Assembly: GCA_030141605.1 (NCBI GenBank)
Contig: JAQGDQ010000001.1
Location: 3,122,306-3,186,305, forward strand
Direction of reading: 5' to 3'
DNA from: Tubiluchus corallicola
Taxonomy: Eukaryota; Animalia; Priapulida
DNA: 64,000 nucleotides
A program made the translations under genes and the position numbers. The notes below the pieces were generated by a model that had not been told where the DNA came from, searched no databases, and was given only the letters and a program-made list of their open reading frames with translations. Below are positions 1 through 13,913 of the stretch, piece after piece (position 1 is the first letter of the stretch; every line of letters starts with the position of its first letter).

Positions 1-1094
1 GGTTTAGTTTGACTATAATATTTCAAATTTTCGAATTGTAACAACAATAACTGAAAAAACATTTCTGCAAGCCAAAATGAAGATAATAAATATTATGCTT
101 TTACTTATTGTAGTAAAAGGACTATTAAACATATACTAAGAAAGTACTGACACACTTAATTTAACTTCTCTGAATCTTTACAACAGCAACAAGATTAATC
201 TTCACATGACTTGATGCTGGTAAGCAGACTGCTATATAAACTTAAGGTTCTAACAGTATGAGCAATTAAGATTAACTATAAGATTTTAGAAATACTAACT
301 TAGAGTAAAAATGACGAAGATAACTACTTTATTTTTTGTTTAAGAACTGTAAATGCACTGTGTGTTTCATAACGAAAACAGTATTTCCATTTAATTACCA
401 CTGTGGTAATTAGGGTCATTCTCTATTTGTTAGTAACACTATTACGATAATTAATTTGGTAGACAAAACAGAGATTGAATGAATCAACAGAATTCAACAA
501 TAATTTAGAGAATGAATGCTTACATTCATATTTAATTTCTGGCAGCTCATAATCTTCTTCTGAAAACTCGTAGTTTTCCATTTTCGTGGTTTTGAAAAAT
601 TAACAACCAATGCAGTCTTCACACTATACTCTGTAGACTCCTGGTCGTAAAGTTTTAATTACGATGAATTCAGTCACATATCACTGTTGCATTTGCTGTA
701 ACTAGTAGCAGAACACAAATACACCGTCACTATTAAAAAACTATAACAGTATAAAGTATAATAAAGGCTAAAATGATACATTTTAATTCATACACTTCAA
801 TCTAAAAGTTAGAATTGTACTTGTAATACTATAATTTATGATAATCGGTAGGGTTATTCTGTAGTACTAGTAGTACTAATACTAGTAGTAATAACACTAC
901 CGATTATTAAACTGGTAATCTTGTGTAGCTTTTCTGGATTCACAAAAAATCTCAACTTCACATACATCTTCAATCATTAGTTCCAAACAGCTCAGTTGAC
1001 TGACTGAGACTTTATAGCGATCCTAAGGTATTGCACCATTCACAACATTAATTGGAAATTTGTTCTGTTTCACTCCACGTGAAACATACTATTA

Positions 1095-1830
1095 TGTAGG
1101 GCGCCGAGTAATCCATTAGCCGAAGTAGGACACTTCCGGTAAAACGCATGTGCTAAATTTGCGGAAAAGCAGCGTCGTGCATGGGCAGCCCAAGTAGGGC
1201 GATTGCTGTCGAGAATTATGACATAATGAAACGTAAAGCTAAATTTGTTTTAGAAAAAAGTAACTTTATAATAATGATGGATATTCCTTGACAATTTACA
1301 ATGTGTTTTTTACAGTAATATCATCACTATTATTAGCTCCATTAATATCATCATAACATTCAACTAAGTATCTAATGCTTTAAAGAGAGGAACTATGTAG
1401 GGCACATAGCTCGCTAGCCCATTTACTTAGTAGAAAACAATTATTTGTCCAAGATGTAGTGAAACGGGTCATCTGTCTGTGAAGCGATCCAAAATATAAA
1501 TGATATACCTTAAGCAAATGTTGGAATCGAATCGGTAACGAATCGCCTAAGAAGTGGGCTTATTTCACTTCAAAAAGATTAATATCCAAGCCAAATTTAA
1601 TATTGGAAATTTTACTAACTCAAAATAAAATTCTTTTATTTTTCCAGATATATAATAAATTATTCAACGTTTTTGACGTTTTCAGTTCTTATTATTAAAT
1701 AAACAAGGACAACGGGTGCTGCCAGTACGGTTAACGACTCAATTTGTGACCTGACTCTAATGTCCTACTTGGGCTAGCCCATGTACGCCAATTGTCCTAC
1801 TTCGGCTAGTAGATTACTCGGCGCCCAACG
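1095..1830. mobile_element. Non-autonomous DNA transposon (MITE, Tc1/mariner/pogo-type)
   Basis: ~38-bp imperfect terminal inverted repeats (tgtagggcgccgagtaatccattagccgaagtaggaca ... tgtcctacttcggctagtagattactcggcgcccaacg). TA on both sides (1093-94, 1831-32). Sub-terminal repeats near 1181 and 1761. No transposase ORF. Confidence 0.85.
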
Positions 1831-2799
1831 TACTAAAAAGAGTAGACATGGGAGCTCTTTCCGGCATTCGAAAGTTTTCGTTAACTGCTGATAATTTCTA
1901 AGATTTCTGTGGTCAGCTGTTTTGGTCACTTCAGTGGGTGCCTGTGGGTTGTCAGTGTCTAATAGTTGTGGCCAGGGAAGTTTTAGTATGGTTAACAGTC
2001 TATCGTGGTAGTGGCAGTAGGGGTAGTAGTATATCGCCAGGAATTATAAATATAGGTTACTTTTCAGATAAGTAGTTCTTTCATTGTAATTATGAAAAAT
2101 TCCACGAACGTTACCTGTTATCTAGGTAGTCCCACTGGCAAATTTTGCGCGCACCACTTATTTTGAGTCAGTAAAGAGTGGTTCTGTGGCTACGCAAAAT
2201 CTCCTGCTTTTTAGCTCAGTTAGGGACTGTTGAGTTTTTTTGCACGTGAAGCAGGCTACTGGGTAACAAGTTTTGCATGTTTTTGGCTTAGGTATAATAT
2301 AATTTATTGTATTATATTGCTTGCAGACGTGTGGATATGTTAAAAAAACTCCCTCTAAGTGGGGTGATTTATAATGAAAAACAAGTGAATTCCGTAATTT
2401 ATGTAGCGATAAAATCGTAAAAAGCACAGCTGTACGACCATTACATTAGTTTTGAGATAAACTAAAGGACTCGGAAGTTATTTAGCAAAAACTTTCATAT
2501 CAAAAGCTATGAAATCAAAGCTGCTTTGTTTGTGGCTGCTGCACATGCAGAGAAACTTCATTAGTGTGATCAGGTAGCTTTTTTCCTAGCACAATAACCA
2601 GTCACAAGCTACTAAACCTGGGGAAACAGTAGAGTCAGTCTCATCAAGCCTGCCAGGTAGCAATAATCTTGTTTACAGTATTACATTGCCAAAGAATTGC
2701 TGCTATGCTATTGTGCTAACTATTTGCATAATAGCAGTCTAGAGAACCTGAAGAAAGTTTTATTCATTTTTTATCCATCCAGTGCAATCACCGACGTTA

Positions 2800-5560
2800 A
2801 AATATCGCTATGGTAACTCTGTGAAGAGTTCTTGTTTGATAAGCCCAACAGATGCTCTTCCAGGGCAAAAGCTTTGCATTAAGCTGAACTACAACACATT
2901 GTTGAAGGGTTAAAAATGCTAGACAGTATTGATGATAGAGACTAATTTTTTTTCTGTGCAAAAAATCTGGAGAACACCCCTAAATGTGGACCCAAATAAA
3001 TTAACCTGTATTACCTGGTAGAGAGACTTGCAACAATCGAGAAACAAGTGGATAAATATAAATCAATGACTTTAAAAGACCGAGAGAAAATAAGTGAAAT
3101 GGAAATAGGATTTACTTACAAGAGAAGTGCCAACTACTATACTAGGACCGGTACCTAGCTAAGATGACAAGTGCGTGAATATCAACAATGAACACGCAAA
3201 TATACCGTATTTTCCCGTGTATAAGAGACCCTTTTTTGCTCAGAATTTTCACTTTAAAAATAGGGGGTCTCTTATACATGGGAGTAAGTCTTTTCAATAA
3301 GATGCATAAATTGTGACACTAATGATTTTAAAAGAAATAAGTGCTCTACAACTGTTTTGCGTGTGGCGTTCGACTATGAAGCGGTTGTAAGCAATACAAG
3401 CATCGTGACACAGGCATTATCTCCTCGTTTTCTCTTTTCCTGTTACAGAGGTTTGCAGGTACGCACTTTAATATATACCAGTACTCTTTTTCTACAACAC
3501 ATTAACTGGTTTTATTTTGTTTTCAGTACCGCACTGAGTTGAAAAAAGTTGTACTTTACCCTCTAAAAATGTCCATCTGAAAAAACTTTTTTCCAGAATT
3601 TTTGCCTAAAAATTGAAGGGGTCTCTTATACACAAGGTTCTCTTATACACGGGAAAATACGGTAGATGGCGGTAGCGCTTCAGCATCGTATGTGACAAGA
3701 AAGATTCAAGAAGGTGATAGCAGTGATGGAGAAAAGTATGATCCCTTCAGATTTAAGTTACCAAAAGATCAATTAAAAAATGGATCAAGCAACAAAATAA
3801 AAAAGAAACGGAGAGCGGTCCTGGGAATGGTAACATCAAGTATTTCGTTAGGTGCACCTTTGACGAAAGATTTGTTTGTTTTTCGGGTGGGAAACAAGTC
3901 AGTGATGATGAGGTGAAAAACATGCTTATTGAACAAAATGTGACACCATTCGAGTTTAACAGAATTTCACATGATGACTCAACATACAAGTCATACAGAG
4001 TAACAATAAATGGTTCACACACGGACACAATGATAAAATGCGAACAGTACTTTTTCAGAAACGAAAAGCTTACTGAACTGTGTGTACATAACAAATCACG
4101 CGATCTTTTCAAAGAGTTCAGTGAAGCAACGGGTAAAAATAGGCTATCTTCTAAATGTATTAATAGTGAAACAGTTCCGATAGTCATTGCCGAAACGTTT
4201 GCTAGCGATTTTAATTCTTTATACAATATAGTATGTTTTAACCAATTAGAGATGACAGAGATCTAATCTAAGCTCTGTGATAATATCAATACTCACGACT
4301 TGCCTTGTGTTATCTCTGTTGCGGATGTCTTATCTGTTCTGCCCAGATTGAAACCCACTAAATCTTATGGCAACTTTGGTTTAATGTCTGATCACTTACT
4401 ACATGCCCCTTTACATTTTTTATACACTTATGTCTATTGATGAATATGATGCTAATCCACATTACCCCTGATGATTTAAAATTCTCTAATATTTATTCCA
4501 TTCCTAAAGATCAACAAGGCGATTTAAGTAGTAAAGACAATTACCATGTGTTGTTGTCACCCGTTGGTAAATTGCTTGATTGGATAATTATAACAAAATA
4601 CGAAAATCTGATATCCAGTTTTGACCAACAGATCTAAGATACAGCTGTATATTGTTGTCCAATTGATGCTTCGAAAACTTTTGATAAAAGTTAATTTCTG
4701 TAAACTATTTTCACTTCTTACCAAACCTAATATGCGTTCACTGATTACCAGATTATTGTTACACATGTATTCCACACAGAAAGTCCAAGTGAATTGGCAT
4801 GGTAAATCTTCTGCAACTTTTACTGTTACAAATGGACTACAACCAGGAGCTGTGCTTTCTCTACTCATAGAACTGTCAAAATCCAACTTTGGGTGTTGTG
4901 TAGGTTTGTAGTGCTGTTTCTTATGCTGATGATCTTACTTTGCTTGCACCTTGTGTTAAAGCATTACATGAAATGTTAAAAATATGTGAAGCTTATGCTT
5001 TTAAATATAGTATCTCATCCGTTAACATACAACTATTAAGATTAAGAGCAAATGCATTGTTTAAAAAAAATAGGTGTGAGACAGTTATGGAAACTTCCAA
5101 GAAAATCTTCCCCTTATTTTCTTCCCCTTATTTGCAATATGATAAAGCCCAGTATTCAGATAATTAAAAATGTGTAAACTTCTTTTATACATGTTATCAT
5201 AGCAGTAATAGTCTGGTTTCTTTTTTTGCTCGACAAAGTTGCTATTCAGTTTTATTCTATATGGGAAATAATGTGAAATACATATGCCAAAAATACAATA
5301 TACATTTTGCATTGATGATACCTAGGCTAAAGCTTGTACGATCACGTGCATTTAAAGAGGAATGCAAACTAACTGAGGATCAAATTTATAAAGTATCTCT
5401 GGTGATGGATATTTTAAATACCATAGAAGCAAGAGATTTCTCTTTTTATAGCTTGAGTAGATTGAATGAACTTTTAGCATTTATCATGGAAGATTAATTA
5501 GATACACATAATTTTATGGTATTTTTAAGTATAATTTTTAAAGTTAAATGATTGTCATTT
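2800..5560 (+). mobile_element. Decayed non-LTR retrotransposon (LINE, possibly RTE-X-like), ORF1 and RT remnants
   Basis: Frameshifted RT motifs in the expected order: LPRLKPTKSYGNFGLMSDHL (~4340), IPKDQQGDLSSKDNY (~4500), DASKTFDKVNFCKLF (~4665), NGLQPGAVLS (~4830), catalytic YADDLTLLAP (4922). Boundaries approximate and clade assignment is inference. Confidence 0.75.
3205..3662. mobile_element. MITE (Tc2/pogo-like) nested in the LINE relic
   Basis: TIRs ccgtattttcccgtgtataaga ... tcttatacacgggaaaatacgg, flanked by TA (3203-04, 3663-64). Internal repeated ggggtctcttataca motifs. Confidence 0.9.
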
Positions 5561-7252
5561 CTGTCTTTTTATAATTTTTTCGATGTGTTATTTTTGGTGT
5601 GTCATGTATGTGTAATGTGCCAACCAATTGTATAATTTTGTAAACATTACTAGTGTGCAGTGTGTCTGTGTTGTGTTAATGTACTTTTTCACTCCATCAT
5701 CACATTATGGTGTCAGGAGTAGGATATTGACTTTCTTTGGTGTAAGTCGGTAAGAATAAATTCTTTGTCAGCATTTATGAAAATTCAATGATATTTACTT
5801 TTAGGTAATTAGTTACATACAAGGCTCAAAATACCTGGATTCGCATCGCAATTCGCTCCATAAATTATTGCTGTTGCTCCTGTTTTTAGTCTTTCAGGGC
5901 AATAGCTGCTCCACAAAAACTTTGGTGTTTTCACTTCAGATTATGTAAATAAATGTATAATAACAGGAAAAAAGTTTAATGAATACATGTCTGTCACAAA
6001 ATGTTTTGCCTATTAAATATTTTACCAAATTGTTTAAAAACTTTCGGCTTCATTATTAATTCACGGAAAATCTTTTTATGTGCAGCCGCTTCCACCAGGC
6101 TAGGTGGCACTTAATAAATGCAGATGAAAAGCAGGATGCAAAGTAAAGTAATGTAATTACATAGAAAATGATGCTTAATAGGTCTCTTTGATTTATAAAT
6201 CCAACCACTTAATAAATCCATTTAGTTTTGCATCTAGATGGATTTATTAAGCAGAGCACACTGTACCTAAATTTGCTGATATTACTGGCAAGATTTGTAT
6301 TTGTTTGCACAATAAAACACAATCTAACTTCCTGAATGTATTCAATTTTCTGCTTTATGGTGACATACTAATAATCATACTAATTTGTTTCAATCATCGT
6401 ATTTATTATAGATCAACGATGGAGTATACTTTTAAATTTATGCCAGACGATAGCAAATATGGACATTGTGAAAGAGAAAGTACATTTGCTTATAAGAGAC
6501 CACATGACTTTTTGCGAAAAGATTTGCATCTTTATTGAGTGAAGTACAGAAACGAAAACTTCTAATAAGCCAGACGAATTAGGTTTGGTAATTTCCAGAA
6601 AGACAGAGGTGCCATCTTGCAAAACAAGTCCAAATGAATAACTTAGACATTTTCTGTCATGTTTACATTTACCAAGATCGACCTAAGCAAAAAGTGATCT
6701 TGATTCGAACTTTTGAAGCTATAGCAGCTGTGGACTTATGTCCTAATTTACCCATACACAGCACTTTTTTGCACTGTGTATAATAAAACGTTATACACCT
6801 TAGGCACCGTAGACAGTAATGACCATGGAGATCCTTTGTAAGTTTAGTAACCGCACATGATTAAATTTACTTGATCAGTGAAATCTGGAGGTTTGGGCTT
6901 TCTTGTAACTAATGAACTTTGTGTATAAAAATGAGAATTTAGCTAATTTGTGAATTCTACGTATTGCTTGCCTATATACATAACAGAACTTGCTGTATGT
7001 ATTAATACCTGTTAAAAACTTGTTTTTACATTTGGTTGAACTAGCTGGATTAATTTTGCTTCATATTTCCTAGTTTAGCCTATTTATGCCTATTGTCTCA
7101 TTATCTAAAGTTATAGTCTTTAAAGTGTTCTAGTTATTGAAATTGTATAATTATACTTTTTGCCACCTGATTTTCTCATTTGTTATTAACTTATAAATTA
7201 TTATTATGATCGATTCTATTACAGACACAATGTAAGAAATGATGTTAGCAAC

Positions 7253-10200
7253 ATGACTAAAGAACGAGTGAATGTGATCAATAGTTACTTTGTGAGGGCA
7301 ATGTCATTGCATCAGGTATGTTAGAATAATTTGAAAATGAAACAAATAGGGAGTGAAAAACTGCAAAGAAGTGTTTTTATTATGATTGTTTTCTGCCAAG
7401 CTTTTCTTAACATCATAAAGGTAAATATACATGATGCATATAAGTAGCAGTACTAGACTAAGATAACAATATTACTTGCAAGTAATTTTTGTACAAGCTC
7501 ATTCATTGGGAATTTTAATCTTAGAATAGGTAATATGACTAAAAGGATATATTTTAACATTTAGTTAAAATGCATCATTTTTGTCTTTTAGGAAACAGCA
7601 CATGATAATGGAATAATCAGAAGTCCATTTCCAGATGTCTCAATTCCTAGTGATGTCACTATTTTTCAGAGTGTATTTAATAATTTGGATATTTATGCAC
7701 ATAGCACTGCTGTAGTAGATGCCATAAGCGGGAGATCATACACATATCTTGACTTATCTTTAGCTGTAAAGAAATTTAGCAGTGCTTTGGCGCGGAACGG
7801 ATTCAAAAAGAGTGATGTTTTTGCCATTTGCATGCCCAACTGCCCTGAATTTGTCATTTTCTTTTTTGCTGTAATTGGCTTAGGTGGAACAGTCACGCCA
7901 ATAAATCCGGCATACACTACTAGAGAAATCCGTAATCAGTTATGTGATTCTGAAGCAAAATGGATAATATCTGTGCAAGAATTAGAAAAAAAGATTTGTA
8001 ATGCTACATCAAACATCGCTGCAATAAAACACAAAATATTTATGGGAGGAAAATCCTCTGAAAAGAATTTTTCTGCTGAAGAATTACTTCAAGATAATGG
8101 TTCTTGCTTTCCAAAACATGTACCAATTGATGTCCAAACGGATGTTGCAATTTTACCATATTCTTCTGGTACAACTGGTAAGCCCAAAGGTGTAATGCTG
8201 ACGCACTATTCTATAGTTGCAAATCTTCACCAAACAAAGATACAATGGCCATTTCGACCCGGAGACAAATACATTTGCTTTGTGCCAATGTACCATGCAT
8301 ATGGTATTTACTTGACGTTGGGTGCTTTAAGTAATGGTTCCAGTGTGTATTATTTGCCAAAGTTTCACCCAGATACTTTTCTTGGAACTATCCAGAAATA
8401 CAAAATTACTCATGCACACCTTGTTCCTCCAGTGATTATTTTCCTTGTCAAGTCTCCATTAGTGGAAAAGTACGATTTATCATCATTTCAGACTGCGTAC
8501 AGTGGCTCAGCACCATTAGGTAATTTTTAATATATGATTTACTCAGTTTTGCAATGTAAATGTCATTACAGATAGTTACTTCTTATATTAATTAGTTTTA
8601 TTTTGTTGTGCAATTGTCAACATTTTTGTTGATAAAAAATGATTTGAAGATTGAACATTCTCTGTCTGAAAACACAATTGAGCAAATTTGCATTGTGTAA
8701 TATCATGTGATTCCTTATAATTTCATATAGTTCTTAAATCAATTTTGTAATTAGCAAACGTATGACAATTTATTGATATCTAAATTTTGTAAATAACTGC
8801 AAACTGTGTGTATTGAACTTTGCTCTAGATTTTACTATGCACAAATCTATTTCAGTTAAATATTTTAAATTTCTAAAATATTCTTAGTTTGTTAGATCTA
8901 ATATGTTACTGCAAGTTATGTAGTAAGAATTTATAATATTTTTATTGATATTTAGCAAAAGAAATAAGCGATGCTTTTGTGAGAAAGTTTTCTCACTTAA
9001 AAACCTTTCAACAAGGTTATGGAATGACAGAAACAAGTCCTGTCGTATGTGCTACACCAGAATGGGAGATTTTGCCTTCTACTGTTGGATACGTTGTGCC
9101 AAATTCAGAAGCAAAGGTAATGTCAGTTGTATAAGTTTCAGTGAAGTTTCTAAAGCAATTTTTATGATGCGAAAAACGTATTGTAGATGTTTATATGGCC
9201 TGTCGTGCTATTACTTTAGTGTTTTCTCTTAGTTGCAAAGTACTGTGATGTTTGCATTGTGTAATATCATGTGATTCCCTATAATTATATAATTCGTAAA
9301 TCAATTTTGTAACTGGCAAGCGCAAAGTGGCATTTACCAGACATTCGGAATGCTTAATGCATTTTGTGTTATCCACCTGCGGAATAGCTCCTTATAAAAA
9401 ATCAATAGGAAATAGCTGCAGAAAAAAATAATGTATATTGCAGGTCTGATAAACGGGTGCATTGAAAACAGTGTGAACCGATTTTATCTATTCTGCATCT
9501 GCATAAAGCATAAACATTCCAGATGTCTAGTAAATGAAACTTCATATGGCTGGCATATAGCATATTGCATACGATCAGGTGAACTACTGGCGAAGCTGTT
9601 AGTTTCGTTGATGGACTACCAAGCTTTTTTTGTATGTGGCATAGCGCCATTTAATCATCTATTTGTATGCAACTCGTAATTGCAGTGGGCACCACCTAAT
9701 TTGAGTATGCTAGCAGTTGATTGACGAGCACATTTGTTTTATTCTAGCTCTAACAAACCAAAGTGGTTCTTATTCAGGTTGTTGATTTAAAGACTGGTGA
9801 AGCGCTTGGTCCTAATAAAGAAGGAGAGATATATGTAAGAGGTCCTCATATCATGAAGGGTTATTTGAACAATTCTTCTGCTACTGCTGAAGCTATAGAT
9901 TCTGAAGGATTTCTTCATACTGGGGATACTGGCTATTATGATGAAGAGGGGTATGTCACATATTAAATATCGCCATTTGTACAGTTTAGCAACAATATTC
10001 CAAGAAGGGAATAAAAAATGACTAAAATGACTTTTAAAAGTTGACGTTGAACTTTTAAAAATCTGCATGCGTTATTAATAGTAGAGCATCTTAATTAGTT
10101 AAACAGACCTGCGAATTCTCATTACATTAATTAGGTATGTATCACCAATGCACATGCACATTCGAATCAGATTTTAGTACTGATGCATTCCACAACTTCA

Positions 10201-11659
10201 CATGCAAGTTTGCACATTGCTTGGCTTCCTTTGCCATTAGTATGCCTGCTACTCTCAATAATATAGTAGCGCTTATAGTCCTATAATGTATGTTATACTA
10301 AAGGGTATTACAATTATTGGAAATTAAGCACTTTTGGGTATTACTGAGCTTTTTTCATATACCGACTATAATACATTAGTAGTACACCTGCTACTCTCAA
10401 TAATAGAGTAGCGTTTATGAGTCTTATAATGTATATTATACTAAAGGGCATTACAATTATTGAAAATTAAGCATTTTTGGGTGCTACTGAGCTTTTTTCA
10501 TATGTACAAAGGAACATATTTATACGTATAGCATAGTGAGCTATAATAACAGCTCAGTAGTACCATAAAATTGTCTTAATTTTAATTTTTTGCCTTAACT
10601 TTTTCGTAATTTGATTTTGATAATTAAAAATGCAAAAATTTCTGCAGCAAAATTTGTCACCTGGACCCCTGCCAGAGCGAGATGATCCCCGGGCTTTCTA
10701 CATTTCACACCCGTTTTTACTTCAAATAATTGGGAAGTCTTGTTAAGATAAAGCATATCTATTTAAAGGTCTTTGATGTTTTTCAAAATCAGTGCATTTT
10801 CTTGCGCTTGTTGACATACACATTGTATGTGACTAGGTCTTAATAGTTCATAAAAAATTAAAAAAATATTCTTATAATATTGTCAAGTCTTTAAATTACT
10901 TGCACTAAATTGTGTATGTTGTTCTGCATATTATTTTAGTGAAACTTGGTTAGTACAATAAAGTAGCAGTTAACTTGCCCACTAATTTTGGTACTACCCA
11001 ACTAACTGTCTCATAACAAACTCCTAATTTAAGAAAGTTACATGTGATATTGCAGTTCTCCTAAAATGCTGCACAGATTTACTTGTTTTTTATAGCGAAT
11101 CACATAAATAAAAATGAATAAAGCCAAAATACTGAAGAAGAATAAGAGAAAAATAAAGCCAAAATACTGCAGACTTACAGTATTGAATACTGAATACTGC
11201 AAACTTGCATTCATAATGATTTAAAGGTACTAAAATTATGATTTGCTTATTACTTAGTGGTAAACAATGTGAACTGAAACATTATTTAGCAATATCTTAT
11301 TAATTTGCAGGCATTTCTTCATAGTTGATCGAGTAAAGGAGTTAATCAAATATAATGCATACCAAGTGGCACCAGCAGAGCTTGAAGCATTGCTCCTTTC
11401 TCATCCGTATGTAGCTGATGCCGCTGTTATAGGAATTCCTAATGAACGCACTGGGGAGCTTCCTAAAGCATACATAGTAAAAAAGAACATCGACCTGACA
11501 AGAAGAGAAGTTCAGAAGTTTATAGAGAAAAATACAGCACCATTCAAGTGGCTCAGAGGTGGAGTGGAGTTTGTGTCAGAAATACCGAGATCTGCTAGCG
11601 GGAAAATTTTGCGAAAGTCTTTGCGTGATAGAGCAAGAAATACTAATGCAAAATTATAA
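7253..11659 (+). CDS. Copy 1: 4CL-like/luciferase-like acyl-CoA synthetase (ANL family), ~557 aa, C-terminal PTS1 (AKL)
   Basis: Exons 7253-7315, 7592-8519, 8956-9116, 9778-9950, 11311-11659, all GT-AG, total 1674 nt in frame. Motifs [56 protein letters not shown]; ends NAKL*. The frame stays open upstream to the acceptor at 7225, so the N-terminus may be longer. Confidence 0.92.
8687..9322 (+). repeat. ~75-bp direct repeat pair in the introns either side of copy-1 exon 3
   Basis: tttgcattgtgtaatatcatgtgattcc...aaatcaattttgtaa at 8687-8760 and 9251-9322. Confidence 0.8.
10236..10503. repeat. Imperfect ~140-bp tandem duplication in copy-1 intron 4
   Basis: cctgctactctcaataat...actgagcttttttcatat occurs twice. 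Confidence 0.8.
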
Positions 11660-13787
11660 AACTTGCTGACTATAAAAATGTTGTGTAACTCATCAGGTAT
11701 ATAATTTGATGTTTAACATTTCAGTATTTCCTTTTTGGATACAATTATGTACATGTTAATTTATATGTTGTCTTAACAATGCATTTTTGTTACATTTTGA
11801 CGTTATTTTGGCTACTGTTTTTGTAAAGATTCTGCATGTAGCATTACAGTAAAATGCAAAGAAACTTGTTTATCAGAATTGTGTGACAAAATACACAAGA
11901 TAACTACAAGACAAGTTAGATGTGATAAGCAAAAATTTGCATGCTAAAACAAGTGTTACTCGAAATACTGGACTACTGGTCAAGTGTTTCATCGAACTCA
12001 AGATTGTGGATCAAAAATCCAACTCCGCTAATAGATGTGAAATGTTCTAGTATATTTCTTCGCAGGTTTAGATTTAAGTTTAGGTTTTGTAAAAACTTAG
12101 ATGGGTCATTGCTCTACTTGAATTCATGATGGGAAATCGAAAATCCGAATCCGACTCTGTCAATCGAATCTAAGTTGATACAGAATTCATTCTAGTGTGT
12201 GTCCTATAAAGTTTTATGATGATCCGTTGCTAACTGGTGGAGCTGTAGCCTTTTTTGAATATCATATTGCTGTAAGTTTGAATTCAAAATGGCAGATCGA
12301 AACAAGGACTATGTCAATCGATTCGGAGTTCATTCTAGTATATTCCTGTAATGTTTCTTGACAATCTACTATAAATTCGCATTTAGAAAAAGGCTTAAGG
12401 TTCCACCAATTCACAGCAAATCGAGACAAAATTATATAGGAATATACTAGAATGAGTTCCACATCAACTGGTGGAATAAGATTTTTGATATGTCATTTTG
12501 AATTTAACATGATGACAACATAATCATTTTCAACACATCATCATGAAATTTCACAGCTAAAACAAATTCTGCATCAACTGACGGAGTCCTATTTTCAATC
12601 TGCTATTTTAAATTCAAAATGGCAATGATGGTGCCATTTTCAAAAAAATACAAAGGTTTTTTTGAAAACAACAACAACATCCAGGTGAGTAGGGATTTGG
12701 TTTGATCCATCGACCATGAAGTGATATAGTCTGGAGTGTTTGAAGGCATAATACTGTGGATCAAATTTTTTCGTGCAAATTGTCATATGCATGTTGCATG
12801 AACAGTATTAGAATGTTTCAGTACATAAACTTTGGATTTCGTTGTTTATAAATTCCTCTGGTTAGAATTAGAACAGAAAATTATTGATTATGTCAATTTT
12901 ATGAAGTTGTTCATTTTTTGTTGATTTTTGTATGGTTGTTGGTTTTGTTTGACGTTTGATTGTTAAATATTTAGAAATTAATTATTTAAATTTTAATTGT
13001 TTGTTGCCTATATAGAATTTTGTGAAAGCATTGCAAAATGTGTTAATAATCTTATTTTTCGTTAATAATGAAATAAAATAATTATTTTAATTTGTGTTTG
13101 TTAGAATTTTAGGAAACGGATTATGTAAAAGAAAAATAATTTGACAGTGTTTGAATAAAGAATGTTAACCACATACAGAAATAACATTGCAATAATAATA
13201 ATAATAACAATAATAGTAAGTTTTCTATTTCTTTTTGAATATTTACAAGCACTTGTCTAAATGCCTAGTAGCAAATTGTTTTTGTGTTTGCAGTCATTAG
13301 TTTTTGAGTACAAAGATTATATTGTTTTAGTATTACTAATTTGTTGTGTTTTGAGTACTTGACATTAGCACTGCTGATTTATAATGCAAAATGAACTTTT
13401 GATATAGCAAATACGTTGCTAGATGGCAGTAATGGGGTTGGCAGTAGCTCTATTTTCAATACTATATGTGGGAAAAAGGAGTGAAGCAAAGAATTACATT
13501 TTTGGTTAAAGCAAGTTTATCTGTTGCTTTGTTTTTAAGTTGTCGTTTTCCAATTTACCATCTGTTTCACCGTTGACATTTGGATAAGGTCCCATTCCAG
13601 TGCAATCTATCCACATCTCCATTGCCTGAAATGTAAACCTTGTTAGTTTGGATGTACTTACTTTAGCCATTACATTTTTGTAGTTATTGAATACTTAAGT
13701 AAGTCACACCATTGACTGATAACTGTGACCTTCTAACCGGAGGCTCCTGCTAATTATATAATAAGCCTTTTCATGTTTTCGTTGTGC

Positions 13788-13913
13788 GCACACGTAGTTG
13801 CTGTAGGTCAAATGTTAAGTGTACTACAGCAACGCATCTTAACTACAACTGCACACGTAGTTGCTGTAGGTCAAATGTTAAGTGTACTACAGCAACGCAT
13901 CTTAACTACAACT
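13788..13913. repeat. Perfect 63-bp tandem duplication
   Basis: gcacacgtagttgctgtaggtcaaatgttaagtgtactacagcaacgcatcttaactacaact at 13788 and 13851. Confidence 0.95.

Noticed and set aside
7592-8519. Horizontal transfer from bacteria or plants, suggested by the large exon and the RSPFPDV.IP start
   Set aside because: Many invertebrates have native 4CL-like genes with this start, and these copies have conserved introns and host-like composition. A phylogeny would be needed.
13788-13913. CRISPR-like array
   Set aside because: Two abutting identical units with no spacers, in eukaryotic context.
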